64,000 nt of DNA from Podarcis cretensis (Eukaryota): assembly GCA_951804945.1 (NCBI GenBank), contig OX638159.1, forward strand, positions 51,956,001-52,020,000. The letters are read 5' to 3'. Position 1 is the stretch's first letter; each line of letters starts with the position of its first letter. Both the position numbers and the translations under genes were made by a program. This document shows, piece after piece, positions 13,049 through 24,581 of the stretch. The notes beneath the pieces were generated by a model. The model was not told where the DNA came from. It searched no databases and saw nothing but the letters and a program-made list of their open reading frames with translations.

Positions 13049-13274
13049 CAGTGATACCTCGGGTTACATACGCTTCAGGTTACAGACTCCGCTAACCCAG
13101 AAATATTACTTCAGGTTAAGAACTTTGCTTCAGGATGGAAACAGAAATCGTGCCCCGGCGGTGCAGCGGCATCAGGAGGCCCCAATAGCTAAAGTGGTGC
13201 TTCAGGTTAAGAACAGTTTCAGGTTAAAAACGGACCTCCAGAATGAATTAAGTTCTTAACCCGATGTACCACTG
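13049..13274. mobile_element. Tc1/mariner (Tigger-like) MITE
   Basis: TA-CAGTGATACCTCGGGTT...AACCCGATGTACCACTG-TA. Confidence 0.9.
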
Positions 13275-13767
13275 TAATGTTATTTATTTATATGCCACCC
13301 ATCTGACTGGACTGGACAAATTCCAACAAATCAAAACCCAACTATCTTAGGAACTCCACTCCAGATTTGTGTAGGGTCTACTCCTTAGCATTTTCCTCTC
13401 CTGAATATGTTCTGCAAGGCAGAGGGGATGGACTTTTTCTTGGGACTTATTCCTGAAGCTGGGTTTACTCTCGCAAAGCATCAGAAGTTTAGGACCTTCT
13501 CCTAGATGACTACCTTCCAGGTTGACCTAACTCCATCTGTCCCTCATTTCCCTTTAAGGCATAAGCAGAAACTGCGTTCTTGGCTATTGGACCCATTATT
13601 TGTCTCATCCACTCATGGGAAGAGCCAGCTCCTGGGGTTCAAGGTCCCTTCAGCCCCCAGTCAAATATCTGAGGGGGCTGCCTTCCTGAAGTTGATGGGC
13701 ATTGCCATTCAAATAGTGTGTGTACACTGTGTCTTGTGGTCTATTATGTGGGATGGGGCTTACCTGC

Positions 13768-14280
13768 TGTGATGTTAACATATGAGAGTGCTGGAGGTGA
13801 AATAGTTAAACAGGTTACCCAATCAGAACCCAGGGGGTGGAGTCAGTGGGACTATAAAACCAGCTCTGGGAGGGGGTGAAGGAAGAAGTTTGTTGGGAGT
13901 TGGGTGGGTGGGTGGAGTGGGAGTGAATTGGGATAGAGTCTGTGGGTAGGTTGAGTTAGTGTAGCAAAATAAGCTGAGTCAGGAACAGTTAGGGGCTAGG
14001 AAGACAAGTAAATATCTGAGAGGTGGTTGAGTGAGTGAGAGCAGGTAGCGGAAGTTATAGGTCTGGATAGGCACCCCATGATTGTAATTGACCGATACCG
14101 TTTATGAAACCACACGCTTGTTAAACCGCAAGAAACAAACAGAAGTTTTTGTTCCAATTTAACCCTGACTGGACTCAGTATTGTACCAGGTAGGGCCTGG
14201 GTGGTGGCAGTGAGAAATAAAGTGGTGGCACAGGGACCAATAGACGGTGAAACGTCCGGGGACCCTGTGTGATCGCCACA
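13768..14280 (+). mobile_element. Solo LTR (513 bp, Gypsy-like)
   Basis: TGT...ACA termini, perfect 5-bp TSD CCTGC (13763-13767 and 14281-14285), CCAAT at 13819, TATAAAA at 13853, AATAAA at 14216. Confidence 0.85.
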
Positions 14281-15258
14281 CCTGCCTCCCAAAGGTTTTA
14301 TTCAAGTTGGCACCCCTGAAACAAAGGATCGCCTGCTTTCACCCTCTGCTCTGATACCATACTCTTGCGCTTGCTTTCTGTGGGAAGGGAGATTTCAGAC
14401 AAATGGCTGCCCCACCAGCAACTCTTCCAGGTACTGTCCTGGAAGAGTCTGGCCACTCGACACCAAGGGCAAGGCCTAAGCTGAGGTGTGAGAGAGAGCA
14501 ACCTGTAACCTGAGAGCAAGCATGTTTTCTAAAATGCCAACCTTGTTTTATCATGTGTTCGCTTTCCATTCGTCCTCTCTCTCTCTCTCTTTCGCTCTCT
14601 CAATACGCTCAAGAGCTTTTTGCTTACTGACATTTTTAAAAGTGATGACACACAGGAGGGAGACCAAGACAACCCTTTCAAAAGAGCATCAGCTGTGAGC
14701 TTTACCTGTCCAGCAGAAACACATTGCCCCTTGGAGACGATCGTCTCTCTCTCTCTCTCTCTCTGACTGCTGGAGAGAGGAAGTCGGGCAATGACACATC
14801 CTTGTATAAATACCTTCCAGATTCAGTAAGAAGAAAACAATGTGGCCTGTCGTACATATGGGTATAAGACAGGCTAGCAAAATGGCTGTTGCAACAGGAA
14901 AGTCTCTCCATTTTAGCAGTTCCCTTGTGTTTCTCATTCCCCACTTCCCCCAAATCAGGTCACATCTAACACACATATAAAGCACATGGCTCCCCGTAAA
15001 TAATCCCAGGAACTGTATTTTGTTAAGGATACTGGGAATTGTAGCTTTTTGATACATAAGCTGAAGTTTCCAGGATTGTCTGGAGGAAGCCAGATGCTCT
15101 GCATATATAGTATGGATGCAATCTTGGTTCTCCACCTTTGCACATCAGTTCAACTTCATTTTGATGTGAACTGCTCCTAGTGAAACTATTTTTAGATGAG
15201 ATTTTGCCTGACATAATCATTTCTGCAAAGCAATTTCCCCCACGTAATGTATTTTTAT

Positions 15259-15613
15259 GGGGATGCGGATGGCGCTGTGGGTTAAACCACAGAGCCTAGG
15301 ACTTGCCAATTGGAAGGTCGGCAGTTCGAATCCCTGCGACAGGGTGAGCTCCCGTTGCTCGGTCCCTGCTCCTGCCAACCTAGCAGTTTGAAAGCACATA
15401 GAAGTGCAAGTAGATAAATAGGTACGGCTCTGGCAGGAAGGTAAATGGCGTTTCCATGCACTGCTCTGGTTTGCCAGAAGCGGCTTAGTCATGCTGGCCA
15501 CATGATCCGGAAGCTGTACGCCGGCTCCCTCGGCCAATAAAGTGAGATGAGCGCCACAACCCCAGAGTCAGCCACAACTGGACCTAACGGTCAGGGGTCC
15601 CTTTACCTTTACC
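15259..15613 (+). mobile_element. Sauria SINE
   Basis: Full length with ACCTTT tail; duplicated flank taatgtattttt (15245-15256 and 15614-15625). Confidence 0.92.
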
Positions 15614-15888
15614 TAATGTATTTTTGCATGTTATTTTCTACGAACTTATGCACACTTTACCCTAATGTATACATTTTGCGTACGTCACTTGACTGAAGAA
15701 CTGAATTCAGAGAGGTGTAAACCTTTCACACTGCAGACCTTTCACGTTTCAAATCCTTTTCCTTTGTTTGTTTTTAAAGGTGAGAGAAATGCCAAATACA
15801 TTGTAAGGCAATCTCTGACTATCTGTTTTACTAGTTTATTTTCCAAGACTATAGTGGTTCTGGTGCGATATCCTAACTGGGAATGAAG

Positions 15889-15890
<2 letters not shown>

Positions 15891-15954
<64 letters not shown>

Positions 15955-15955
15955 T
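15891..15955. repeat. (TC)n(TG)n microsatellite
   Basis: Seen directly. Confidence 0.95.
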
Positions 15956-16227
15956 ACATAGACTTATACTTGAGGCCACTTCCTTCTCACAGTGGGTGAC
16001 AGTGATTGCTTACTAAGAAGCAATCCTGTGCACACCTATCTTGAAAGTAAGCCTCATTGAACACAGTGAGAATGGCTTCTGGAGTAAACAGACACAGGTT
16101 TGCTGGTTTGTCTGTTTGTTTAGGACACAACTTACACACACTTGCCTAGAAGTAAGTCCCGCTGAACTCATTCTGCCTTATTTCTCAGTAAACATTTACA
16201 GGACTGCATTGCGTTCTCTGTTTCATA

Positions 16228-16295
16228 CATATCTGTGCAGTGTAGCATAGTGGTTAGGGAACACCCTAACCACTATGCTACACTGCACAGATATG
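16228..16295. repeat. Perfect inverted repeat, 32-bp arms with 4-nt spacer
   Basis: CATATCTGTGCAGTGTAGCATAGTGGTTAGGG-AACA-CCCTAACCACTATGCTACACTGCACAGATATG. Confidence 0.95.
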
Positions 16296-16343
16296 GGACT
16301 AGGGCCTAGAAGGCCGGAGTTTAAATCACCACTCAGCTTTGGA

Positions 16344-16591
16344 TAGGGTTGCCAAACATCCGGAATTTCCCGGACATAGCCAGAGTATGCTAGTCGAAAG
16401 CACTGTCTGCTGAAATGTCCAGGAAAATTAGGACAACCCATATCGAAAGTCTAGATTTTAGTGAATTTCCTTAAAAATAGCTCAAAAACTTTGCATCCCA
16501 CTCCAAAAAAGCAGCTCAACAACTTTGCCCAAAAAACCTCAACAACAACCATTGGGTACAGCTTTTCACTTTTTGAAATATGGCAACCCTA
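16344..16591. mobile_element. hAT MITE (TAGGGTTGCCA TIR)
   Basis: TIRs TAGGGTTGCCA / TGGCAACCCTA; perfect 8-bp TSD GCTTTGGA; inserted in a decayed tRNA-derived SINE. Confidence 0.9.
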
Positions 16592-17335
16592 GCTTTGGAA
16601 CTCATTAGGTGTAATTTACAAAAAGAATGTACTAAAATTCATGGTGCTTGGTCCTCAGTAGTTCAGAAGAACATCTGCTCTGAGGTGTTGACTCAGTCAG
16701 GGGAAAAGGCAGGGTATAAATATATTATTATTATTATTATTAGGTGCACGTTTATGTCAGTTTGGACAATTAATCAACTGGTGTAGTTCTTACTCAGAAA
16801 ATTATTACTAATAATTGAGTAAGTTGACAGTCCTAAGAATATTTTTAAAATCAGAGGACTCCCGCACACCTTTCTCCTGCCTTCTCTCACATTCCCTGTT
16901 CCTTTTTCGAGATGTGAAATAACTAGGCAGGAAATGGGAGAAATAGTAAAAAAAAGTTCTAGGCAATGGGTGTGGAGGGAATAGTTGCCTTCACTTCGGG
17001 AAAGATGCAGATTTCAATCAATGAAATCAATCAATAGCATTTGCTGGCTGCAAAGATGGCTCAGAGCTTCCTGGTGAGTGGCTGTATGATGAACGACCAG
17101 TTGTGCGGGACTTGAGGGAAGGCCAAAGGTCACTATCACCTTGAAATCTAATCTGCTGCCGTGCCGGCCACTTGCTGGAGGCCGGAAGCCATTTGAGTCA
17201 ACTACATTACAATGGAGCTGCACACAGATCCCCATTGAAATCCATGTAATCAAAAGGTGGCTGGAAGAAGTGCGACTAACCTAGTCTGGATCTGGCCCAA
17301 TCTTTCTTTGCTTGATCAGCTCATTGGCCAAAGTA

Positions 17336-17553
17336 CAGTGGTACCTCGGGTTAAGAACTTAATTTGTTCCGGAGGTCCGTTCTTAACCTGAAACTGTTCT
17401 TAACCTGAAGCACCAATTTAGCTAATGGGGCCTCCCACTGCCGCCACCACGCAATTTCTGTTCTCATTCTGAAGCAAAGTTCTTAACCTGAAGCACCATT
17501 TCTGGGTTAGCGGAGTCTGTAACCTGAAGTGTATGTAACCTGAGGTACCACTG
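17336..17553. mobile_element. Tc1/mariner (Tigger-like) MITE
   Basis: CAGTGGTACCTC TIRs with TA TSD. Confidence 0.9.
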
Positions 17554-18687
17554 TATTCAGAATCCTCCAAAATGTCCCACTTACACACCACTGTCCTCTT
17601 ACACACTTACACACATCTGGCCTTACCTCCTTCATCCAAGAGAAATAGGTGCTGTATTTTCTTGTGTCGCCACGATTCTTTTTAACAGCCGTGCAACGCA
17701 GAAACATCTCCCTTCCAGGCTGGATCAGTTCTCCTCTGAGTGGAGGCAAATCTTTGGTCTCAACACTCCAACCCATCCTCACCCACTATCTCTGGGGCCT
17801 AACCTGAACATGTTAAGCACTTGTTCTGTCATTTCAGAAGTGCCATAAAAGCAATCATTCACAAATGATAAAAAGAGGTATTTATAGGAGCCAACATTCT
17901 AATGAGAACTGAGTTAATGTAATTTAGGCACTCATTGGGATCACATGGGCTGCCGGTGAACCTTTGATCCTTGAATGAAAACTACATCTGAAATGAATCA
18001 TTCACATTATTCCTCCATTCGAATTTATCAATCATCTCCTCCCTTTCCATGTAATTACAGCAGCTGAGGCTTTGGCCCTGGATGCCAAATGATTTTAAAG
18101 TGCCATTGTTTAATTAGAGATGTAATATTTCAGCATGCACAGTGCAGGAGTGAAGAAAATTCCCTCCTGGTCTCCTTTGATCCCTCTTAGCCTCCGTATT
18201 AATGTCAGGCGCGAGCAAAGCAAGTTGGACAAAATAAAAGTTATGTCTTCATTTAGAGACAGGTATAAATTAGCAGTGGGTGAGATCATTAATTTCATTG
18301 ATTTGGGATTCAGTGCTTAAAGATTCATGCGGTAGATTTGGAGAGGGAGATTATATCTGAGGCTATACTGGGTCCCAGCGGGATCAAACTCCTCCAGCCT
18401 GTTGAGGTAGCTTCATTTGCTGAACACAAATGCAGTGAAAGACTTAAGCTGCTCTCGGTAGAAGTTCAGCCAGTGATTTGCATTGACCTTGGCAACCACG
18501 CTGGAGAATGAGGTGGAGGAAAGGCAGAAATGGCTGAATTAAAGGAAATGGAAGCTGTGCAGCTATTTGGATGGTGGGGGTGAATGGCATCAAGGATACT
18601 GTTTGGTGCCTAAAGCTGTATACCGTTTATAAGGGGAAATATTCATATCAGTGTCAAATACTTCCACTTCCTGTTTTCAAGCAGAAA

Positions 18688-18689
<2 letters not shown>

Positions 18690-18729
<40 letters not shown>
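18690..18729. repeat. (AC)n microsatellite
   Basis: Seen directly. Confidence 0.95.
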
Positions 18730-18731
<2 letters not shown>

Positions 18732-18933
18732 TTGTTCTGGAGACAGCAGTGCTTTTGAACACCAGGGTGCTGAAAACAACAGGAAGAGAAGGTGCGCTTG
18801 TGTGTGCTTGGACGTTTCCCACAGGGATCTGGTTAGCCACTGTGAGAACAGAATGCTGGTCTAGATGGGCAACTGGTTTGATCCAGCAGGCTCTTCTTAC
18901 ATTCTTTAAAAAAACCAAACCTTTCTAAACATA

Positions 18934-19165
18934 CAGTGGTACCTCTGGTTGCGAACGGGATCCGTTCCGGAGCCCCTTTCGCAACATGAGCAAAACGCAA
19001 CCCGCGTCTGCGCGGGTCACGATTCGCCGCTTCTGCGCATTTTGTGCATCTGCACATGCGCGAGCGGTGAAACCTGGAAGTAACCCTTTCCGGTACTTCC
19101 GGGTCGTTGCGGGACACAACCTGAAAACGCGCAACATGAAGCAAACGTAACAAGAGGTATGACTG
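18934..19165. mobile_element. Tc1/mariner MITE, related CpG-rich subfamily
   Basis: TA-CAGTGGTACCTCTGGTTGCG...CGTAACAAGAGGTATGACTG-TA. Confidence 0.85.
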
Positions 19166-19167
19166 TA

Positions 19168-19533
19168 ATTCAAAGTGCTGGTGCTGACCTTTAAAGCCCT
19201 AAATGGCCTTGGCCCTGTTATACCTGAAGGGGCGTCTCCACCCCCGTCGCTCCGAGGGCCTTCTGGCAGTTCTGTCACTGCAAGAAGTGAAGTTACAGGG
19301 AACCAGGCAGAGGGCCTTCTCTGGTAGTGGCGCCCGCCCTGTGGAACGCCCTCCCACCAGATGTCAAGGAAATAAACAACTATATGCCTTTTTAGAAGAC
19401 ATCTGAAGGCAGCCCTGTTAAGGGAAGTTTTTAATACTTTTACTGAGTTTTTAATTCTTTGTTGGGAGCCGCCCAGAGCGGCTGAGGGAATCCTGTCAGG
19501 TAGGTGGCATATAAATAATAAAATTGTTGTTGT
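19168..19533 (+). mobile_element. L2 LINE 3' fragment
   Basis: Aligns to about 5789-6170 (ttcaaagtg..ggtgctgacctttaaagccctaaa...gccgcccagag) with indels. Confidence 0.88.
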
Positions 19534-19589
19534 TAAACTTGCCCACAGTCTTAAATTGTGCAAATATTTGCTTTTCTGTCAGTCCTGCT

Positions 19590-20087
19590 CATAGCTGTCA
19601 ACCGTCCCTTATTTGGCGGGAAAGTCCCTTATCCCAGCGCCATGTCCCGCTGCTGTCCTTTATTGATGATGTCCCTTAAATTTCCCGGGTTTCAAAGGAA
19701 GCAGCCAGGGAGGAAGGAGGCTCCAACTGTGTTGCTTGGCTGCGTTGCTCACCCAATAAGGAGTCTAAGAAAGACTGGGGGGTGGAGCTTGCATGCCTTG
19801 TGCCGATCAAATCAGCTGCGTTGCCTGAGGACTCCCCTTTGCTCAGCGCTTCCCAGCGGAGAGGTGACGGTGGTTTTCTTTGCTGCATCCCCTTTGCCGG
19901 GTTGCTGCACTGTGGGAACCACCGCTTGAGGCTTCGTTTGGCTGCTGGCTGGGCTTTCTGCCTATGGCTTGGAGGGGCTCAGAAGTTGAACATACATGTG
20001 CTTTGAAAATCCCTTATTTTGGCTGCTGATCCCTTATTTTCGAGGCTGCAGGTCCCTTATTTTCAAATCTGTAAGTTGACAGCTATG
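19590..20087. mobile_element. Non-autonomous hAT element (CATAGCTGTCAAC TIR)
   Basis: 13-bp perfect TIRs, 8-bp TSD [g/a]tcctgct, repeated subterminal TCCCTTATT motifs. Confidence 0.88.
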
Positions 20088-20346
20088 ATCCTGCTTGTTG
20101 CCAGCAGAGCTTCCTTAAGTTCAAATACCAGATGCATACTTACCAATACCAGATGAATAAAGATGGGAAATGCACTCCATCTGAAAAGGATCAAAGCAAC
20201 CTACTGTCCTCAAGCTATTAACAGAAGAAGATCTTGGCCCTTCTAGTCCAGCACTCTGTTCTCACAGCAGCCAAGCCATGGAAGGCCCACAAGCAGAGCC
20301 TGAGTGCAGGGCAGAGTTGTTCCCAGCAGCAAATGGTATTCAGAGG

Positions 20347-20387
<41 letters not shown>

Positions 20388-20399
20388 ACACACACACAA

Positions 20400-20915
20400 T
20401 TAGTTTTCACATTTTTGTATATCTTTACATTAACCATTTCACACATCCAAAAAATAAATAAAAGGTTCCTTAGAACCATCAGACTTTCCTCCCTCCCTCC
20501 CTGGGTCCTTTCTATAATACAAAGTTATCTGCATCCTTTTAAATTATACAATTACTAATTTTTCCATTAAAAAAAAATGACAAGAATTTCACATTACAAG
20601 CATCTTCACATTCCTGCCAGTGATTTTAGATCAGGCTTCCTCAACCTTGGCCCTCCAGATGTTTTTGGGACTACAATTCCCAGCATCCCTGACCACTGGT
20701 CCTGCTAGCTAGGGATCATGGGAGTTGTAGGCCAGAAACATCTGGAGGGCTGATGTTGAAGAAGTCTGTTTTAGATGTTCACAATGGTCTTTAAGTAATA
20801 TAAAATTTTATTCCAGTCTTTTTTCAAATACTTGATCTTCCTGGTTTCAGATCTTCCCTGTCAATTTTGCCATCTCCACATAGTCCATCAGTTTCGTCTG
20901 CCATTCTTCTTTTGA
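20400..20915 (-). mobile_element. L1-clade LINE 3' fragment interrupted by a MITE
   Basis: Minus strand encodes KEEWQTKLMDYVEMAKLTGKI*NQEDQVFEK, homologous to the element at 1455. Confidence 0.78.
20632..20768. mobile_element. Palindromic hAT MITE
   Basis: CAGGCTTCCTCAAC...GTTGAAGAAGTCTG long inverted arms; perfect 8-bp TSD TTTTAGAT. Confidence 0.9.
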
Positions 20916-20939
20916 TGGTGCTGGTATCCAGAGGCCTAC

Positions 20940-21300
20940 TGCCTCTCCCAGTGGTCATGGAACATAGCCATCATGGCCAGCTGATCATCTCATCATCCAC
21001 GACTTCATCTCATCCTGTTTTAGACTCAAAGCTGGTGGCCATTGCTGCCTTTTGTGGGAATGAATTCTATAATTTACTACACTCTGTGCAAATAAGTCCT
21101 TTTTTTTGGTCTTCCACCATTCAACTTCCTTGGATAGCCCCAGACTTTTGTACAATGGGGAAAAAACAAACTTTTCTCTGTCTGCTTTTTTCCACACCAT
21201 GCAGAATCTTACACACCTCTATCATGTCTCCCCTTACTTGCCTGCCCTCTAAACTAAGGAACCCCAAACCTTTTTTCATAGGGGGGAGTTGCTCCAACAC
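20940..21300 (-). mobile_element. Degenerate CR1 LINE 3' fragment
   Basis: Minus-strand remnant peptide (MVWKKADREKFVFS...FAQSVVN..) resembles the CR1 ORF2 C-terminus; boundaries are approximate. Confidence 0.55.
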
Positions 21301-21829
21301 CCCTGGATTATTTTTGTGGCTCTATAAGCACACTATCCCTGTCCATTGGCTATTCTGTTTTGGACTGAGAGACGTTGTGCTCCAGTCTGGGGAAGGCGGG
21401 TTTAGAACATGCAAATAAACACCACCCATGTTCCTGCATGAATCACTAATTTCTGCCTCTTTCCCATGTTTGCTCTGTGGCATCTCCAGCTAAAAGGGTC
21501 AGGCAGCAGGTGGCAGGAAGAATCTCTGCCTGAGTCACTGGAGAGTCCCTTCCAGTTAGTAGGCTAATACTAGGCTAATTGGGCAAACTATCTGACCGGG
21601 TACAAAGCAGCCTCCTTTTGCTGTCTCACCTGGGAATAATTAAGGCAGCCATCATCTACACACTGACATGGGATTCAGTCCAATTGAACTCACAGCACAT
21701 TAGTTTGCCGCTGCACAGTTTGGGATGTACAGACTTAAGACAGTTATACCCTTGCTTCTTTTAAAATTTTATTTTGGAGTGTGTGTGTGTGTGGAGGGGG
21801 TGCTTTTAGGTGGTCAGCCCTGCCTGGTT

Positions 21830-21919
21830 CATAGCTGTCAACGTTTTCCTTTTGTAAAGGGAAATTCCCTTATTCCGAATAGGATTCCTCGCAAGAAAAG
21901 GGAAAAGTTGACAGCTATG
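21830..21919. mobile_element. 90-bp hAT MITE, same TIR as 19590-20087
   Basis: CATAGCTGTCAAC...GTTGACAGCTATG; TSD gcc[t/c]ggtt. Confidence 0.88.
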
Positions 21920-22619
21920 GCCCGGTTATCTCTTAAGGCCTTCCAGTAAGTCAAAACCAGCCATTTCTATAATGTCACCACCACCACTGCTCTTGCATTG
22001 CAGAGCAGAATCGGCTTACTGTATTTCATGCACGTTTTCCTGGACTAATTTGTCCTGCCGTTGTGTAATTATGAGTATAAGCATTTCTAAAGATAGCTGT
22101 TTTGCTGCATTAGCCAGGACACTGAGGGGCCAGGATACCAACTTTATCAATATATTGTTTTAATGTCATCCCATCACTCAGATTTTACTGATTTGCCATC
22201 CGTATTGAGAGACCTCCTCCGAGATCACGTCCCTCATTCCTAACTGAGCAGAAGTACCTTGAGATTTATTTATTTTTAATGGATTAAAACAAGGCACACA
22301 AGTTTAGGACAGGGAGCGTTAACACTACAGACAATGCATTTGCCCTCTTCATCAGCTCCCGGGCAAGAAATGTGCCTAAGAAGAGTCTCTTGGATCAGGC
22401 CAACGTCCCATCAAGTCCAGCATCCTCTTCTGAAAGTGGCCAACTGGATGCCTGTCGGAAACCCATAAGCAGGAACCAAATGCAAGAGCACTCTCCCCTC
22501 CCCCATGGCTAGGGTAAGGCCACTGCTTCAGGGGGCAGAAGCTGCCTGGAATTCCCTGCCCAGCTCTGCCAGCAATGGAGACACACAGCAGCCATCAGTG
22601 CCAATTTGGGGCAAGATGG

Positions 22620-23697
22620 CATCCATTTGGGAAACAGCCCTACTAGAAAAATTAACCAATAAACTAAAACTGACACCGGGACAAATAGAAGAAGACACCT
22701 TCACCCCCCATATGGCTCCCCTTTATCACATACACAGCCCAACAAGACAATGACAAAAATCCACCAACAGCATACAAATCAGTATGGCCAACCTGATCCA
22801 AAACACCCACCCACCCCACTCACACATGAAAACAAAGACCACCACAGCCAACCACAAATGAATAACCACACCCTAGGCCAACCCTAGACAAACCTAGACA
22901 ACATCTTAAAAAAAGCAGAGACATCACCTTGCCAACAAAAGCCCGTATAGTTAAAGCTATGGTTTTCCCAGTAGTGATATATGGAAGTGAGAGCTGGACC
23001 ATAAAGAAGGCTGATCGCCAAAGAATTGATGCTTTTGAATTATGGTGCTGGAGGAGACTCTTGAGAGTCCCATGGACTGCAAGAAGATCAAACCTATCCA
23101 TTCTGAAGGAAATCAGCCCTGAGTGCTCACTGGAAGGACAGATCCTGAAGCTGAGGCTCTAATACTTTGGCCACCTCATGAGAAGAGAAGACTCCCTGGA
23201 AAAGACCCTGATGTTGGGAAAGATGGAGGGCACAAGGAGAAGGGGACGACAGAGGACGAGATGGTTGGACAGTGTTCTCGAAGCTACCAGCATGAGTTTG
23301 ACCAAACTGCAGGAGGCAGTAGTGGAACACAGGAGTGCCTGGCGTGCTCTGCTCCATGGGATCATGAAGAGTCGGACACGACTAAACGACTAAACAACAA
23401 CAAGGCCAACCCCAACCTCTCTCACCACCAAAGGAACACAAGCGAACAGCAAAGAACCTGCACAAGCAACACTGACACCAAACCCTACATATAGTAAGTA
23501 AAATAGAAACATCGCCATCCGACCCCACCCCCACCCATCTTCCCCCCCTCCACCTCTTTCCCACTTTTCTTCCTAATGTCTCAACAAATGAAACTGATTT
23601 GTAAAAATGTTACATGGGGGGGGGGATACAAGAGAGAGAGAGACATTGCAAACACTTTTGTAAATCAAGAAAATCTTTAATAAAAAATAATAATAAT
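22620..23697 (+). mobile_element. L1-clade LINE 3' end hosting a BovB insertion
   Basis: WETALLEKLTNKLKL..IEEDTF.. ORF2 tail, AC-rich UTR, then AATAAA and (AAT)n end. Confidence 0.65.
22885..23402 (+). mobile_element. BovB (RTE clade) LINE 3' fragment
   Basis: Peptides KAMVFPVVIYGSESWTIKKADRQRIDAFELWCWRRLLRVPWTARRSN and DSLEKTLMLGK; (CAA)n tail; 10-bp TSD aggccaaccc. Confidence 0.92.
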
Positions 23698-24535
23698 GGG
23701 GGGGGGGGAAATTGCATCCATTTGGGGCAAGATTTCACCCAAAATCAGCACTGGTGAGAGTGTCGCTTCTCCTCTAGGCAGTGGATGTGACAGAGCAGGT
23801 GGCGGCGACAGGAACAGGTAGGTTGTGGCAGCAGCAGTGGTGGTGGCGGCAGGGCTAAGCGGCCCTTCCTGTTTAAACCTCTAGTGGCAAAACGGGACAC
23901 GCCTCCCCAGCAGTGCCGCTACATTAAGCTCTTAAAAATATAAACTTCATCCTTCCAATGGAGAAGGCAGAGGGGAATGCCTCCAATTATATCAATTCTC
24001 ATTTGACATTAAGAAAAATCAATCCAGATTTTTACACAAATCTGTATTTTCATTTAGAATGATCAGTTCTTTCCTTCAGTCTTCACATTAATATACAATC
24101 AACTGCCGGCAAGAGAGAGAGAGAGCCGAGCTGCCGAGCCACTCCAGAGGAAAGTTTCACCTTTTAATTTTTCATAGCAGATTAATTTTTAATCCGCCGA
24201 CATCAGGGATCAGGGAAGGTGTCCTATGAAGCTGCATCTTCAAAGGCCTTTTCCTTGGGTGGAGGCATCGCTCCTGTTCAATGAGTTACCCTTGAAGCCT
24301 CTGACTGTTCGTCAAACTCCCCTTCTTTCCCTTTGCCCTAGCCAGAAACGTGGGGCCTATTTTACAAAGGGGGGAACCCTGGAAATCAGGACGGACAAGA
24401 GTACTGGTTGCACTACAACATCCCAGTGCATTTGGCAGCTGCACTGCTCGGCTTTCAGAAAAAGAAATGGGCTTATAATACGCACACAGAGAAATAAAGA
24501 CATTTGACATCACTTCTCAGCCAGGGATGATACAT

Positions 24536-24538
<3 letters not shown>

Positions 24539-24578
<40 letters not shown>

Positions 24579-24581
24579 CGC
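24539..24581. repeat. (TG)n(CG)n alternating purine-pyrimidine tract
   Basis: Seen directly. Confidence 0.95.

Noticed and set aside
11735-14318. CAGGGGTGCCAACTT ... AAGTTGGCACCCCTG as TIRs of a single 2.6-kb hAT element
   Set aside because: The flanks share no 8-bp TSD and the interior is a mix of unrelated sequence; more likely ends of two separate copies.
18925-19563. 212-aa minus-strand ORF
   Set aside because: Chance read-through across an antisense L2 fragment and a MITE.
20867-21418. 183-aa plus-strand ORF
   Set aside because: Spans antisense L1 and CR1 remnants; no recognisable domain.
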